A stretch of 64,000 nt of DNA from Cycas panzhihuaensis (lineage: Eukaryota > Plantae > Cycadophyta), in the NCBI GenBank assembly GCA_023213395.1, contig CM041465.1, positions 68,517,741 through 68,581,740 on the forward strand, in the 5' to 3' direction. The stretch's first letter is position 1; each line of letters starts with the position of its first letter. Positions 12,300-25,290 of this stretch are shown one piece after another. The position numbers and the translations under genes were made by a program. The notes beneath the pieces were generated by a model. That model did not search any database. It saw nothing but the letters and a program-made list of their open reading frames with translations, and was not told the origin of the DNA.

Positions 12300-15200
12300 A
12301 AAATCATACGTTCTCAATTCTCATCTTGCTCCAACTCATCATCATCAAGAGATACAAGGCCCTCCTCCTTTGAATCAGGTGATGATAAATTAGCAATGCC
12401 ATTTGCATGTGAACCTTTGTGACATCATCGAGATATACATCCCATCTTTTGAAAGGTCCCTTGGTGTAATCCTTGTCCCTGGGAGATAAGAGTTGAAAAT
12501 TGTTATGGATGTAACCTAGGTTCTTTGCTCCTTTCAACTCTAATCAACCTCTCTCGGCAGAACTGATGAATCCATAAGAACTCTAGTTCCTCTTGCAAGT
12601 TGAGGAACTAATCACTTGAGCAAGTAACCAACAAGAAAAATGCTACAACTATGGCATCCCATGCCTATGGAGCATCCACCAATATCTCAAGTACTTCAGA
12701 CTTATGTCATTATAAGGCCTTAGGTGATTGGAATGTACATTGTGCACAAACAAATGCTACAAATTACTCATTAGGAGAGCTCTTCTTCATTCTCTTTATG
12801 TCATACTGCTTTGGATTAATAGCATATGTTGCCACATGGAGTAGTGTGTTCAAGGTATCCCATCTACAATGAATGATTCTAACTAGACAAGGTTGCAAGG
12901 AGACATCTTGAACATCACTTATGGCTTTGATCTTCTCATACATAGAATTAGTACCCTTGTATATTTCTCCTAATCAAGGAGTATCTATATTAACAAAACA
13001 AAATATAATCAACTCCAAAAATTATAATAGAAATTAGACATCAATTTAAAATGTGGCGCCAATAATGAGATGTCTAGTATACAACTCTACTCTGAAGTTG
13101 ACGATTTCTATGCATCCCATTGCATTCTAGAACTCGGTGTGCACTAATGCTTCCTTCACCTTTTTCAACCGTTATAGGAGAATATAGGAAGTAGCAAACT
13201 AATTGTTTGTCTATTCGAGTAATTTTATTTGTTCATGCATGCGGTGGAATGCCTATGCATAGTGGTGGTTGTTTATAAGCATACAGATGGATTTTTCCTA
13301 TATGAAACAATTTTGCCACTCAAATCTATTTGCCTAATATCCTTTAGTACATTATTCAATGCATGTACACTAAGGTTATTGGGTTTTAGGGTTTGTGGAT
13401 TTGGGGATTTGAAGAACTCAATTTATTCCTCCGAAAATAGGGTTTATGGGTTCAAGTTCGTCTATTTTTTAAATTTAAAAACAAAAAATATATTAATTAA
13501 TTAAAAAATACATAAACATTGAAAATAATCATTAAACACATACACAATGATACCTTGAATAATTTTGTAAATAAAAATAAAAATACTTTTATCTATGTAT
13601 GCATACAAAAATAATAAAATGTATATGAAAATTAAAAAACAAAAGAAGCAAAAATAATCGTAAATGGCCAGACATTGCCTAGAAATGATTAGAAAAGGCA
13701 CAAAAACAACTAGAAACATATGCAATTTGGGATCCAATTGAACCTGAACCTAAACCTACACACCCAATTTAGGTTCAAACTAGGATAGCGAACCTTGCTA
13801 GTTGTGTTCACAAACCTAGTAACCCAAATATATAGAACAAAGGGTCAAAAAAATATGGGGGTATTTATCACACACCGTTATACCTACAACTTTGTAAACT
13901 AGAGCAGCATCTGTGATAACCTACACCACTTTGGCTTGCCCAACCTTATTGATGGTCGTAGATAATGCTTGATTTGGAGACTCTGCACTCTTTTCATGCC
14001 TTGTACAATCCACAACTCGTAGAAAATATAGGCAAATAGGAGAAGAGGCAATGGCATTTAGTAAAAGGATAGATGTGTGCATTAGTTCAATTATCTACAA
14101 TTATGCTGCAACCACTAATGCCCCATATGTTACATATAGGTGCCACAATGTTCTCCACACAATCCCTCTTGTCCTCTTATCAATGTAGTATAAAGCCTCT
14201 CATATGAAGGCAACATATATCTTGTGGGCCTATTATTAATGCATGAACCTTTTTTTTAAATAAGATGAATGAGCCACATTAAAAGGGATCATGCATGCAT
14301 AGAAATACTTTGCAATAGCTTTGTCTATCTCCTCCCTGTTAAGATTCACTCCACAATGGGTGAAAAACTGAATTGTCTCACATTATGGGAGAGTTCATCT
14401 TCCTTAAATATACATAAAGAAATTGTAATCGTTAAGTGTCTGTTTGACACTTGTCGGACACTTGTCATGTTTACATAAAGAGGGTTTTAACACATTCCCC
14501 CCATGAATCCTAATAATAAAACAGTAAATTTAATGATAAAACATTACATCTTAACACCCTCTCTTAGTGTTTTATCAATCCTAACTTGTCTCTAAGAAAT
14601 TGAAATTTTTCCTTGCTGAGTAGTTTTATAATGATATTTGCAACCTATTCATTTGTTGGATAATATGTCAAATCAATCTCCTTGTTTTGCACTTTTTCCC
14701 TTATAAAGTGATGGTGTACTTCAATGTGCTTTGTTCAAACATGTAGAACTGAAATTTTGGTCAACTTGATTGCGTTTTGATTGTCGTAGAAGAGTGTTGT
14801 TGACTTTTGCTATTGTTGACCCAAATCTACTAAAAGTTGTCTTAACCAGGTTGCTTCACAAGAAGCACTAACTGTTGACTTATATTCTCCTTCTGTGGAT
14901 GATAGTGTGACTGTTGGCTATCATTTACTGCTCCATGAGATCACTGTTGATCCAAAGAAGAAAATATCCGCTTGTTGATTTCCTCTTTTCTTTATCTCCT
15001 ACCCAGTATGAGTCACAAAACCCGATCAATTGTCCTGATTTAACTTTTGGATAGGTGAGTTTTAGGCCAATTGTTTCTTTCAGATACCTGAGTATTCTTT
15101 TTGCAGCTTTCCAGTAAGCTAGTTTTGGATCTTGCATGTATTTGGAAACTAAACCAACAGAGTATGATATGTTAGGTCTAGTTGCAGTGAGATATATCAA

Positions 15201-18200
15201 GCTTCCAATTAGTTGTCTATAGAGAGTTGCATTAATTGAAGCTTCTTCATTTGATTGAGCCAGATCACAGCCAATTTCTGTAGGAGTTGCATAGTTGTTG
15301 CATTCTCCCATTTTGAATTTTGTTAATAGATTTTTGATATATTAACCTTGAGATAAGGTGATTGAATTCCCTTTTCTATTAACTTCTATACCAAGATAGT
15401 AATTTAGAAGTCCTAGGTCTGTCATTTCAAACCCTTTTTCTAGTTTTGCCTTTATGTCTATTATGGATCTTGAGTCACTCCCCGTGAGGATCATGTCGTC
15501 TATATAGACCACGATTATTGTAGTCAATCATTGACTCCTCTTTATGGACAATCTGAAATCTGAGTCACAACTGTGAAATCCATTTTAAGTGAGGTATCTG
15601 TCCAACTTAGCATACCATGCCTTTGGAGCTTGCTTCAACCCATACAAAGCCTTTTTTAATTTGCACACAAGATTTTCTTTGCCTTTCTAAATGTATCCTT
15701 TTGGTTGACTCATATAAACTTCTTCCTTGAGTTCTCCATTCAAGAAGGCACCTTTTTACATCTAATTGATAGATCTTCCATTTAAATTGAGCAGTTAGGG
15801 CTTTTACCGTTCTCACTGTATTTAATTTTGCTACAGGTGAGAAGGTTTCTTCATAATCTATCCTTGTTGTCTAGGTGTATCCTTTAGTCATTAATCTAGC
15901 TTTATACTTTTCTACTTCACCATTAGAATTTTCTTTTATTTTATACATCCATTTGCAATTTACAATAGGCTTACCTGCAAGTAGCTTAACCAGTTCCCAA
16001 GCCTGGTTTTTGGAAATTGATTCCATTTCCACATTCATTGCAATTTGCCACTCTTTGTGTTGTTTTGCTTCTTCGTAAGATTGTAGTTCAACATAGTTGC
16101 ATAGAGCTTAATGTTTTTGTCTTCTTGTTCTATGTGTAAAGACATCTCCTTGCCTTCCTCAACTGTCTTGAGATACCATTTTGGTATCTTCTTGGATGTT
16201 GTCTATTTTTCGTTGTCTTCCTCAACACTGAAGTTAGGTGGAGATAAAAGTGCCCTCTCTGATTCTTCTATTTCAATAGTTTCAGTGTCTTCTAAAGTAA
16301 TTCTTGAGATTTCTTCATACGAGGATTCTTCTGAAAGAATTATCTTTGGTGATTCTTCAATCTTTTGATACAAAGGTGAGCTCTTTACTATGTCACTTTC
16401 ATTGAAAACCACATCTCTACTTATATAGATCTTGTTTGTATTTGGATCTCTACATTTATAAGCTTTTGAATTCTTGCTATAGCCTATCATTATACATTCT
16501 ATGCTTTTGCAATCAAGCTTAGATCACTTTTTGTTGTAATATGAACAAAGGATTGACATCCAAAAATATTTAAGTTACTTACATTTGGTTTGTACCCCGT
16601 CCAGGCCTCTTTTGGAGTAATTTGATCTAGAGCTTGTGTTGGACTTAGATTTATGAGGTAAACAATTGTGTTTTTACTGCCTCTACCTAGTAAGTCTTTG
16701 AGACTTGTCTTTCTTGAATCATACTTTGAGCCATCTCCATGATCATTCTATTTTTGCGTTCAACCACTCCATTAGACTGTGTTGTGTATGGAGTTGTGAA
16801 TTGCCTACGAATTCCATGAATTTTGCAAAAATTTAGAAATTCTTTTGAGACGTATTCTCCACCTTCGTCAAACCTGATGCATTTTATTTTGTTTTCACAT
16901 TCAAGTTCAACTTCTGCCTTGAATTCTTTGAATTTCTCGAAGACTTTAGATTTGTTATAAAGAAAATAAATCCATACTTTTCTAGAGAAATCATCAATGA
17001 AAATAAGGAAATATCTGGCTCCATTTATTGAACATAGAGTGATTGGCCCACATAGATCAGTATGAATTAATTCTAATTTGTTTTTAGCTCTCCATTTGCC
17101 CTTTTGAAAAGCTAAACAATATTGCTTACCAAGAAAACTTTTATAGACAAGACGATGAAATGTAATATTGGGAAATCCAGTAACCATTCCTGAGGTACAC
17201 TAATTCTAATCTATCTGATGAGACATGTCCATACTTCAAATGCCAAAGTTTGTTATTATCAACATTTGTAGCAGTAGATGCTTTTACATCTTTATTTCCA
17301 ACAACAGGGTTAGAAAGCAGTCTGTACAAATCATTGCTTTCTATCCCCTTCGCAATTTCAACTTCTTCATGTCCTGAATATGACAAAATCCTTTTTCATC
17401 AAATATGGTTACCAGCTTTTTTCTTTCAGAGCTAAGAAATAGATAGAAGATTTTTTTAGTCCTAGTATAAACAATACATTGCCAATTTTTTGAATAATGC
17501 CTTTTAGCTCAACAATTATAGTTCCAACCCCTTTGATTTCAAGAGGGTATTTGTCTCCTAACTCAACTGATTTGTTAGAGGAGTAAGGTTTGAGTGTTTC
17601 AAACAAATCTTCACGCTCGGTCATGTGTCTAGAAGCTCTGGAGTCAATGTACCACACCTCTCTATCTTCGAGGCTCATAGTGAGTGCTGCTACAAATGCT
17701 ATTTCTTCTTCATCATCATCGGGATTGACTTGTTCCTTGTTATAGTTGCTTGTTGGTCACTTCCCTCTGAATTTCTACCCTCCTCTATGTGCACTAGTAA
17801 GGATAATGTCCATATTGTCTGCAATGGTAGCAAACGTCCAAAGCTCTACAGTTGCTGGAGAAATGGCTTGGTTTTCCATAATTGAAGTGGACCCTAGCAT
17901 CCTTGGGAGGAAATGGACATCCTCGGCCTCTGTTCACCTGCCATCTTCCTCTGGACTAGCTTCTTATGTCGAGAGTTCGATCACATCCTCGAGTATGTCC
18001 TCTTCCTCTTTGTCCCAAACTAAGTTTAGACAAGAATGCATCCTCTAATTATGTTCCCTCTTCATAGCGTTTATTCCTTTGTTCCTGTCTTAAAAGTAAC
18101 CCTATCAAAGTGACATTATTTCAATGTGATTATTATTTGTTATTGAATTAACCAAATTGTCAAAGGATTTAGGAAGTTTGCTTCCAATCATTTCTACAAG

Positions 18201-19740
18201 CTCTTGATTAGGCATATTTGCCCCATCTCTCAACAGATCATTCCTAATAGAAGTCACCTTGTGAATGAATTTAGAAATACTTTCATTTTCTTTTAGAAAT
18301 ACTTTCATTTTCTTTCATATGTAATTAGAATAATTCTTCTTTGAGGGCTACAACTCCGGCTCAGTTTTTCTGGCTATATAGATTTGCAAACACCTTCCAA
18401 ATCTCAGTAGAAGAATGTAATCTTTCAATGTAAACAAGAAGAGGATCTGAGACAGATAATTTTAAAACTATCATTGCGGCATTATCCCTTTCGTCCTAGT
18501 TAGTCTGGGCAACACCAATATCACTTGGTCTTGTTTCTTTCTCAATGGCTATATTCCACATGTTTTTGGCTATCAGAAGGGTTTCAACCTTAATTTCCCA
18601 TACATGGTAATTGGTCTCAGTTAATTTATCCTGTTCATCGAGTGCTAAGATGGAAGAGGCTATATTGAATCTGTTACAAAAATGACAATTAGATTGAATC
18701 TAGATAGAGAAGTATCTGATCATACGATTGTATGGATTTCCGTATGGAATTGTAGGTGTATAGAATAATCAAGAAACTATCTCAAAACAAAGATTTTTCT
18801 GAGAGGAATCTGAATATGTAAAAAACTTTAGAAGAAGACCCTCAATTTGATCACAAAATGACCTCAAACCCGAAACTAGGCAACTAGGGTTTTTAAGAAA
18901 TTTATTCAAAAGATAAAAAACCTTCAGTAAATAGCTTTAATTATGGACTCAAAAGGAACACACCACTAAATCAGAGAGATCACAACAAGTTTTACCTAGA
19001 ATAGTAAGGAAATTTGACCAAAATCTTCAGTTGAATCCTTAAACCTACGCAATTGAAAACAACTCAAATCCTTTCGACTTAGTTGAGAAGAATGACGGCC
19101 ACACTAAGATCTATCTTCTGGTAAAATTTGGCTAAATTCTGAGCACCTCAAATTTTGTCATCTATATAGGTCTGTACATGTCCGTACATATCTGTACACA
19201 GGCAATAAATTTGAACTCCTTCAATTTCTTTAGAATGTTTTGACAAATGAATGTCCTCGCTTTGAATTATTTCGCAATTCTTTGACCTCTCTTTCAATCT
19301 GTAGAAAATCTTGGTTCTTTGTGACAACAAGTTCTCTCTCAAATAGGTGAATTGCCCTACTCTGATACCATGTCAAGATTCACTCTACAATGGGTGAAAA
19401 ACTGAATTGTCTCACGTTATGGGAGAGTTCACCTCTCTTAAATATACATCAAGGAATTGTAACCATTAAGCGTTTGTTTGACACTTGTTAGACATTTGTC
19501 ATGTTTACATAAAGAGGGTTTTAACACATTCCCCTCATGAGTCCTAATAATAAAACATTACATTTAATGATAAAACATTACATCTTAACACTCCCAAGCC
19601 TTATTGTCAAACATTTCTTAAATAGAACTAGCACCAATCGTAGGTCTCTTTCATCTAGATGACTCTAGAGTTGGTTGAATAGAAGACAAAGTTGTTAGAC
19701 TAATAACAATAGATACTGGAGTAATTGCTTCCTGAATAAA
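12300..19740 (-). mobile_element. hAT DNA transposon relic (transposase pseudogene), interrupted by an AT-rich insertion (~13370-13830) and by the Copia at 14337-19590
   Basis: Minus-strand fragments EMFDNKAWE/EIDKAIAKYFYACMIPFNVA, GCSIIVD, KVGQAKVV*VITDA...KYPHIF, WDTLNTLLHVATYAINPKQY, KNLGYIHNNFQLLS...GPFKRWDV match plant hAT DUF659 and dimerisation-domain motifs; boundaries approximate. Confidence 0.8.
14337..19590 (-). mobile_element. Full-length degenerate Ty1/Copia retrotransposon (5254 bp)
   Basis: 220-bp LTRs at 14337-14556 and 19371-19590 (about 19 differences by eye), TSD CTCCC, PBS TGGTATCAGAG at 19360-19370, PPT; gag, WYIDSRAS protease, HTDLCGP/FIDDFSR integrase, RT and RNase H with stops. 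Confidence 0.95.
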
Positions 19741-19749
19741 CGTAGAATA

Positions 19750-20595
19750 AGCAAATTTAAGGATGGGCCTACGGATGGGCAAGTTTGCCAAGTGGTTGAA
19801 ATATTTATGATCTCTTTTTTCCACCATAAATATTATTCATAAGTTGTCTCTTCCAAGTGTAGTAATGCATAAGTAATTCAGTCAGTTCAATCCCTAGGAT
19901 TGATTTTAAAATATGCTTCTAATTTGTTTGCCCATATCCTAAGTAGCTAGAAATGCCATATCTAGATTTGTTTCTTATTTTTGAAACGTCAATATGTTTC
20001 AAAAACACCATTGCATTTCATAAATGTGAAAATAGCCCATAAACATTTTTAAGTCGTTTTTGGTCTAGACCTATGTTTTCAACCATTTCTTGGTGTTTCT
20101 GACCCATTTCTAATAGTTTCTAACCATTTTTGACCCATTTTTTTATTATTTTTGCCTGTGTACTACCCACTTTTAACTGTTTTTTGCCTAACTTTTTGTC
20201 ATTTCTAGGCCTTTTTTGTATTTTCTTTTTCATTTTTCTTCTAAAATTCGCAGAATAATGATTTAATATATATTTTTTCCTATTATGTTAAAAATACAAT
20301 ATGATATTTAATATAATATATAAAATATATATTATAATATATATTTTATATTCAATGTTTTAGAAATGGCATTGCATTCGAGATATACGAAAACAACCCA
20401 TAAATGTTTTGAGGCCATTTTTGATATGGGCCCATGTTCTCAACTACTTTGGCCATTTTTGACCCATTTTTGGGAGTTTCTAGCCATTTTTGACCAAATT
20501 TTTGTTATTTTTGCCCATGTACCACCCATTTTTGGTTGTTTCTAAGACTTCCTTTTTTGTATTTTCTTTTTCCATTTTTTAAAGCCATAGAATAA

Positions 20596-20632
<37 letters not shown>

Positions 20633-21140
20633 TATTATAATAAAAATATAATATGATATTTAATATAATATATTAAATATATTATATTATATATTATATG
20701 TTATATGAATATAATATGTGCTTATGTGTATGTATGTTTCCTCACTTCTGGAGATTTTAGGAATTGGCATTTCAAAGTTTCTCTATTCCTATTTCCACGT
20801 TTCAAGGTACTCTGGGCTTTGATTTATGATTTCTTTACAAAATTTTGGGATATCAACCTTGTTGCATAATTTATTTTGGATAGTTCTCACAGAAGGTCCC
20901 CTTGCTAAGGTGTTCTGAGCCAAAACCTCCAGTAATGTACTTGTTTGGGATCCCATACTTGTTATAAGCATATTGATTTTGGCTTCTAACACATCTATCC
21001 TTTTACTTAAGATTTGAGCGTGCTAATTTTTCTGCTTAAAGCATCAATCTTATTATCCATTTCACCTACCTTGTGATTTAACCTACTATTTGTTGGAATT
21101 TTTTTTAACTTTTCTTAAAGTTTGCTAACCTTGTTCCTAG
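19750..21140 (-). pseudogene. Chromovirus-type Gypsy gag relic split by a non-coding insertion
   Basis: KVDIPKF (20820-20990) and WANKLEAYFKINP...ITYALLHLEETTYE*YLWWKK (19790-19960) resemble the gag at 53438. Confidence 0.55.
19990..20810. repeat. Non-coding MITE-like insertion made of two ~360-bp diverged direct repeats ending in AT-rich/TA tracts
   Basis: CATTGCATT...CCCATAAA...GACCCATTT...TTTTGCC...AGAATAATGAT repeated at ~19995 and ~20355. Confidence 0.5.
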
Positions 21141-21143
21141 AAT

Positions 21144-21176
<33 letters not shown>

Positions 21177-22943
21177 TTGGGGGGGAGGGGGTTGCACCTA
21201 CCAAAGCTTATGGGCAAAACAAAATGATGTTCTTGGTGATAATATTTCCCACATTTGTTTCTTCCTTTGATAAGGTCCTTGCTACTTAATCAAATAAGAT
21301 CCTTTTATTTGAAAAAGATAATTCTATATGGTGTGGGGGAATACACATTTCACTATTTCTGGAGTCTGTGAAAGTTCGCTTATATTTTTTGTTTTTTGGC
21401 TGCTGGACTATGTGGCTTTGGCTAACTGCATTGATAGGCTAGTAGTCACATTGTTTAATCATGGATGATTGTGTCATCCAAATTGTGTGCCTAAATTGGA
21501 AGCTCTCTATACATCACTAGCTTATTTTTGCTATCTTATTTAAATCCTTGCTGCTTTCAGTGGAAGCACATAATTTGGGAATGTACAACAACGAGATCTG
21601 CTTGACAACTGCACAAATGGGATCTACGCTCCATTATCTTCAATATGGTGATTGTAGGTGCCACAAGAATGAAGAGCAATGCATGCCACCTCGATATTGT
21701 TCAAGCAATGTTTTCATTGAAGGTGGTTTCAGGTTACATAGGTTGAGACTAGTTATTCCTACATTTCGTAAGAACTTAGTGATTTTGCATTATATTCTAT
21801 TTATTTAATTGCACGCAACCATTGCACTTGCCCTTAACCGATGACACTGACCTTATTAGCCAATCTTCAAGGCTTCCATACTATGGACTATTTAATCAGG
21901 TACTAATCTATTTCCATGAGCATCAAACATAGTTCTGATACAACTTGAGTTGGAATGAGATGAATGATGGTTGAGTCAAGATGGACTCAAAATGCTTGGC
22001 CAATTCAAGAGTGGCAGTCTCCAAGGCATGGAACTATTTTGTAAAGTCAGTAGATTGTTATATTAAATAAAATAGAAACAAGGAAGGTTTACAATATCTT
22101 ATGCATATTTATATGCACAGTGTCTGCTATGAATGTTTATAGCTCTTTGGTCAGGGTTTTATAATTAATTATTGTTAAATGAGGCTCATAACATCATTCG
22201 CTGCCCAAAATGAATTACTCAAAATGTAGGTTTAGAGCTAAGTTGTTAGAATGAGAGGATATGAGCTGGAAACATGTCATAAAGCACATGTTAGAAAGTG
22301 CACAAGAAATGACAATACGACAATGATTCACAACTCTCCAAATCTCATTAAGAAAATATGTAAGGTACAAATACATATTTATAGTTTTACACTATGTCTA
22401 AACATAGGAGTTGGTTCAACAAACTCCATGATTTTTGGTGTGCTCAAACTACCTCATTAATGGTTGAGCATCTTTGACTTCTAGAACCTTTGACCAAGAA
22501 TCTTCTCTCACTAGAATATTCTCATCTAGAATATTCCATGTGAGCAACTATTCTAATGAAATGAAATGAACTTAAATGGACATGTAAATGGGAATGTACA
22601 TTATTCCAACACCCCCCCATAATGTTAAGTTCATTTCTTTACATAAGCATCAGTGTCCTAAGTCTCTCAAAAAATTTCTCACAACTTAAAGTCTAAGTGA
22701 GAATACAACTTGAGGGACAATTTAACTATGCCGTGCTCCATATGCTGTCGAACAGAATGATGGAGATTTTCCACAAGCTTGACTCTGTCATGGAATCCCA
22801 ATTCTTCGATAGTTGGAAGGCATATTGTTGTAGTAGAACAACTGAAGAAGTCAAAGAAGTCGATTAAGCCCACAATGGCTTTTCAAATGTCAGAATCGCT
22901 GCTTTGCATACCGTCTTGGTGGAATAAGCTATCCACATCAAGT

Positions 22944-23183
22944 GATCAACCAGAATTAAGTGCTATGCACATTCTGTCGTTGATTTGGCCTTCAACTGCT
23001 ACAAGAGATCAACCAGAATCCAGTGGTCTATGCACATCCTGTCATTGATTTGGATCAACCAGAACTAAGTGTCATCCACATCCTGTCGTTGAATTGATTC
23101 AACCAGAACTAAGTGGTTAATGCACATCCTGTCGTTGATTATGATCAACCAGAACTCAGTGTCATCCACATCCTGTCGTTGAT
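22944..23183 (-). repeat. Five ~44-bp self-complementary repeats
   Basis: GATCAACCAGAA...ACATCCTGTCGTTGAT (with variants) at 22944, 23007, 23053, ~23096 and 23143. Confidence 0.9.
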
Positions 23184-23817
23184 TTGCCTTTGCAGTTGCC
23201 TTTACAAAGCTTCCAAAGAGGATTTCATCATCCTCATGCAGTACATGCTAGTTGTGATCATCAATGCGTGAAAACACGCTCATTGTCCTGCTTCTCCAAA
23301 TGTCATAATCTTGGAATACAATATCGTGCTTGATTTTATGCACTATTGTCATTTTCCAAGACACTGTTGCTTCATAGAATTGTTAGGTGTTTTCATCAAC
23401 ACTACAACACTGCAACTATCATCACCATTACACAATAAGCTACAATAGTAGGCTACCCAACTCACAAATGAAAGAGTTTGTGGTAGACAAGGGTATGATA
23501 AGTATCATGCAGGTTGTTAAGAGTTTTATACTCTACAATTCAACAACATAAGTCACTTGTCTCTTTCAGTTTCTGCACATAGAGACAAGACATTTTCTAA
23601 GAGTAAGCAAATTTTAAGACTCTAATAAATCATTAAGAGTCATTCTGCATCATATGCAAGCAAATAAAGATGAGTAATCTTCTCATCAACCACTAGCAAA
23701 TTGATGAATGCTAGTGTTCCAGGTTCCAGTTTTTCCATGTCATGTCGTGTCATATCATGTCGTATGACACCATGTTGTGATGTATTATGCGGCACCAATT
23801 TGCCTTGAATCTGACTT

Positions 23818-25290
23818 GGCTTCCTGTTTTCTCCTTCAACAACTCCCATAGGTCTTTGTAAGACTGAAAGTGTTACATTACATAGGATTTACATTTGCCT
23901 TAGTGAATCTGGGAAATTATAGCCAGTAATTCACAGACATGTTGTAAAGTCTATAAGAAAAGTAAGGAGAAAAAGTGTTTTAAATCACCGCAAGTATGAG
24001 TGTTATATCACTCGGTGACCGCAAGGTGAATTACACTTAATGAGAGTACAAATAAAGGTTTAAAACACCTTTTAAATACATCAATAAAGAGGATGAAGTA
24101 CAATAGAAAGTCCTCTCAAAATGTTCTCAAAGGAGGACAAAGTACAATAAAGTCTTCCCTTTTACAAAATTCTCTCCAAGTACATTGAAGAATCCTCTTA
24201 AGTTAAAGTTAAAAGATATACTCTAATGAGGATTAGGTACATGAGAAAAAAATCCTTGAAGTACTCCTTAATGAAGCCAATAAAATGCCCTTAAAAGAAG
24301 ACAAAATATTAAGCTTAAAAGCTTAAAGTCTTCTTAAGATATCATGCCCTTGAAAGAAGACAAAATAAAGCTTGATAGCTTAATGTCTTCATGAGGTTTT
24401 ATATCCTTTTAATGTGGTGCTCTTTTTGTGCCACCAAAGAAGAGGATTAGATGCATTAAAGAATCCTCTTAAAGTATTTATTTTGCCACCATAAACATCA
24501 TTTAAAGAGGATAAAATACTTTGAAGTAATCCTCTTAAAATGTCACCAAAAAATGCTTTTAAAAAAGAGGATGTGCCACATTAATTATCCTCTTAGAAGC
24601 TTCTTTATGCCACCAATAATGTACCTTAAAGAAGAGGATTAGTGTGTTTAAAATCCTCTTAAGGTAATCGCTTTATGAAGTCAATAAAATACCTTTAAAA
24701 AGCGTACAAACTTCTTAAGGTATTATGCCCTTTTATGTGTCGCACTATGTTGCCTTTAATTGGGTATGAGTAGGCTTCCTGTCTTCTCCTTCAACAACTC
24801 CCATAGGTCTTTGTATGACTGGAAGTGTTATATTACATAGGACTTCCATTTTTGCCTTAGTGAATCTAGCAAATTTTAGCTAGTAATTCACAGACATTTT
24901 AAGAAGTCTGTAATTAAGAGATTAAGGAGAAAAAAGTGTTTTAAATCACCGCAAGTGTGAGTGTTATATCAGTCAGTGACCGCAAGGTGAATTACACTTT
25001 AAGAGAGTACAAATAAAGGTTTAAAAACCCATCAATAAAGAGGAATAAGTACATTAAAAGGTTCTCTAAAAGTTCTATAAAAAGAGGACTTAGTACATTA
25101 AATTTTCCCAAATATTCTCATAGTACATTGAAAAATCCTCATCAAATAGAGTCAAAATATATGCTCTAAAGAGAATTAAGTACATAAGAAAATGTTCTTG
25201 AAGTACTCCCAAATTGAAGCCAATAAAAACCTTTGAAGAGAAGACAAATATTAAGCTAGAAGGCTTAAAGTCTTCTTAAGGTTTTATACC
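23818..25290. repeat. Internal direct duplication with a 955-bp period
   Basis: GGCTTCCTGT(T/C)TTCTCCTTCAACAACTCCCATAGG... starts at 23818 and 24773; collinear for about 500 bp. Confidence 0.9.

Noticed and set aside
22944-23183. CsrA/RsmA-binding CAGGAUG repeats as in bacterial CsrB
   Set aside because: The GGA lies in a predicted helix rather than a loop, and the context is a plant nuclear LTR element; treated as coincidence.
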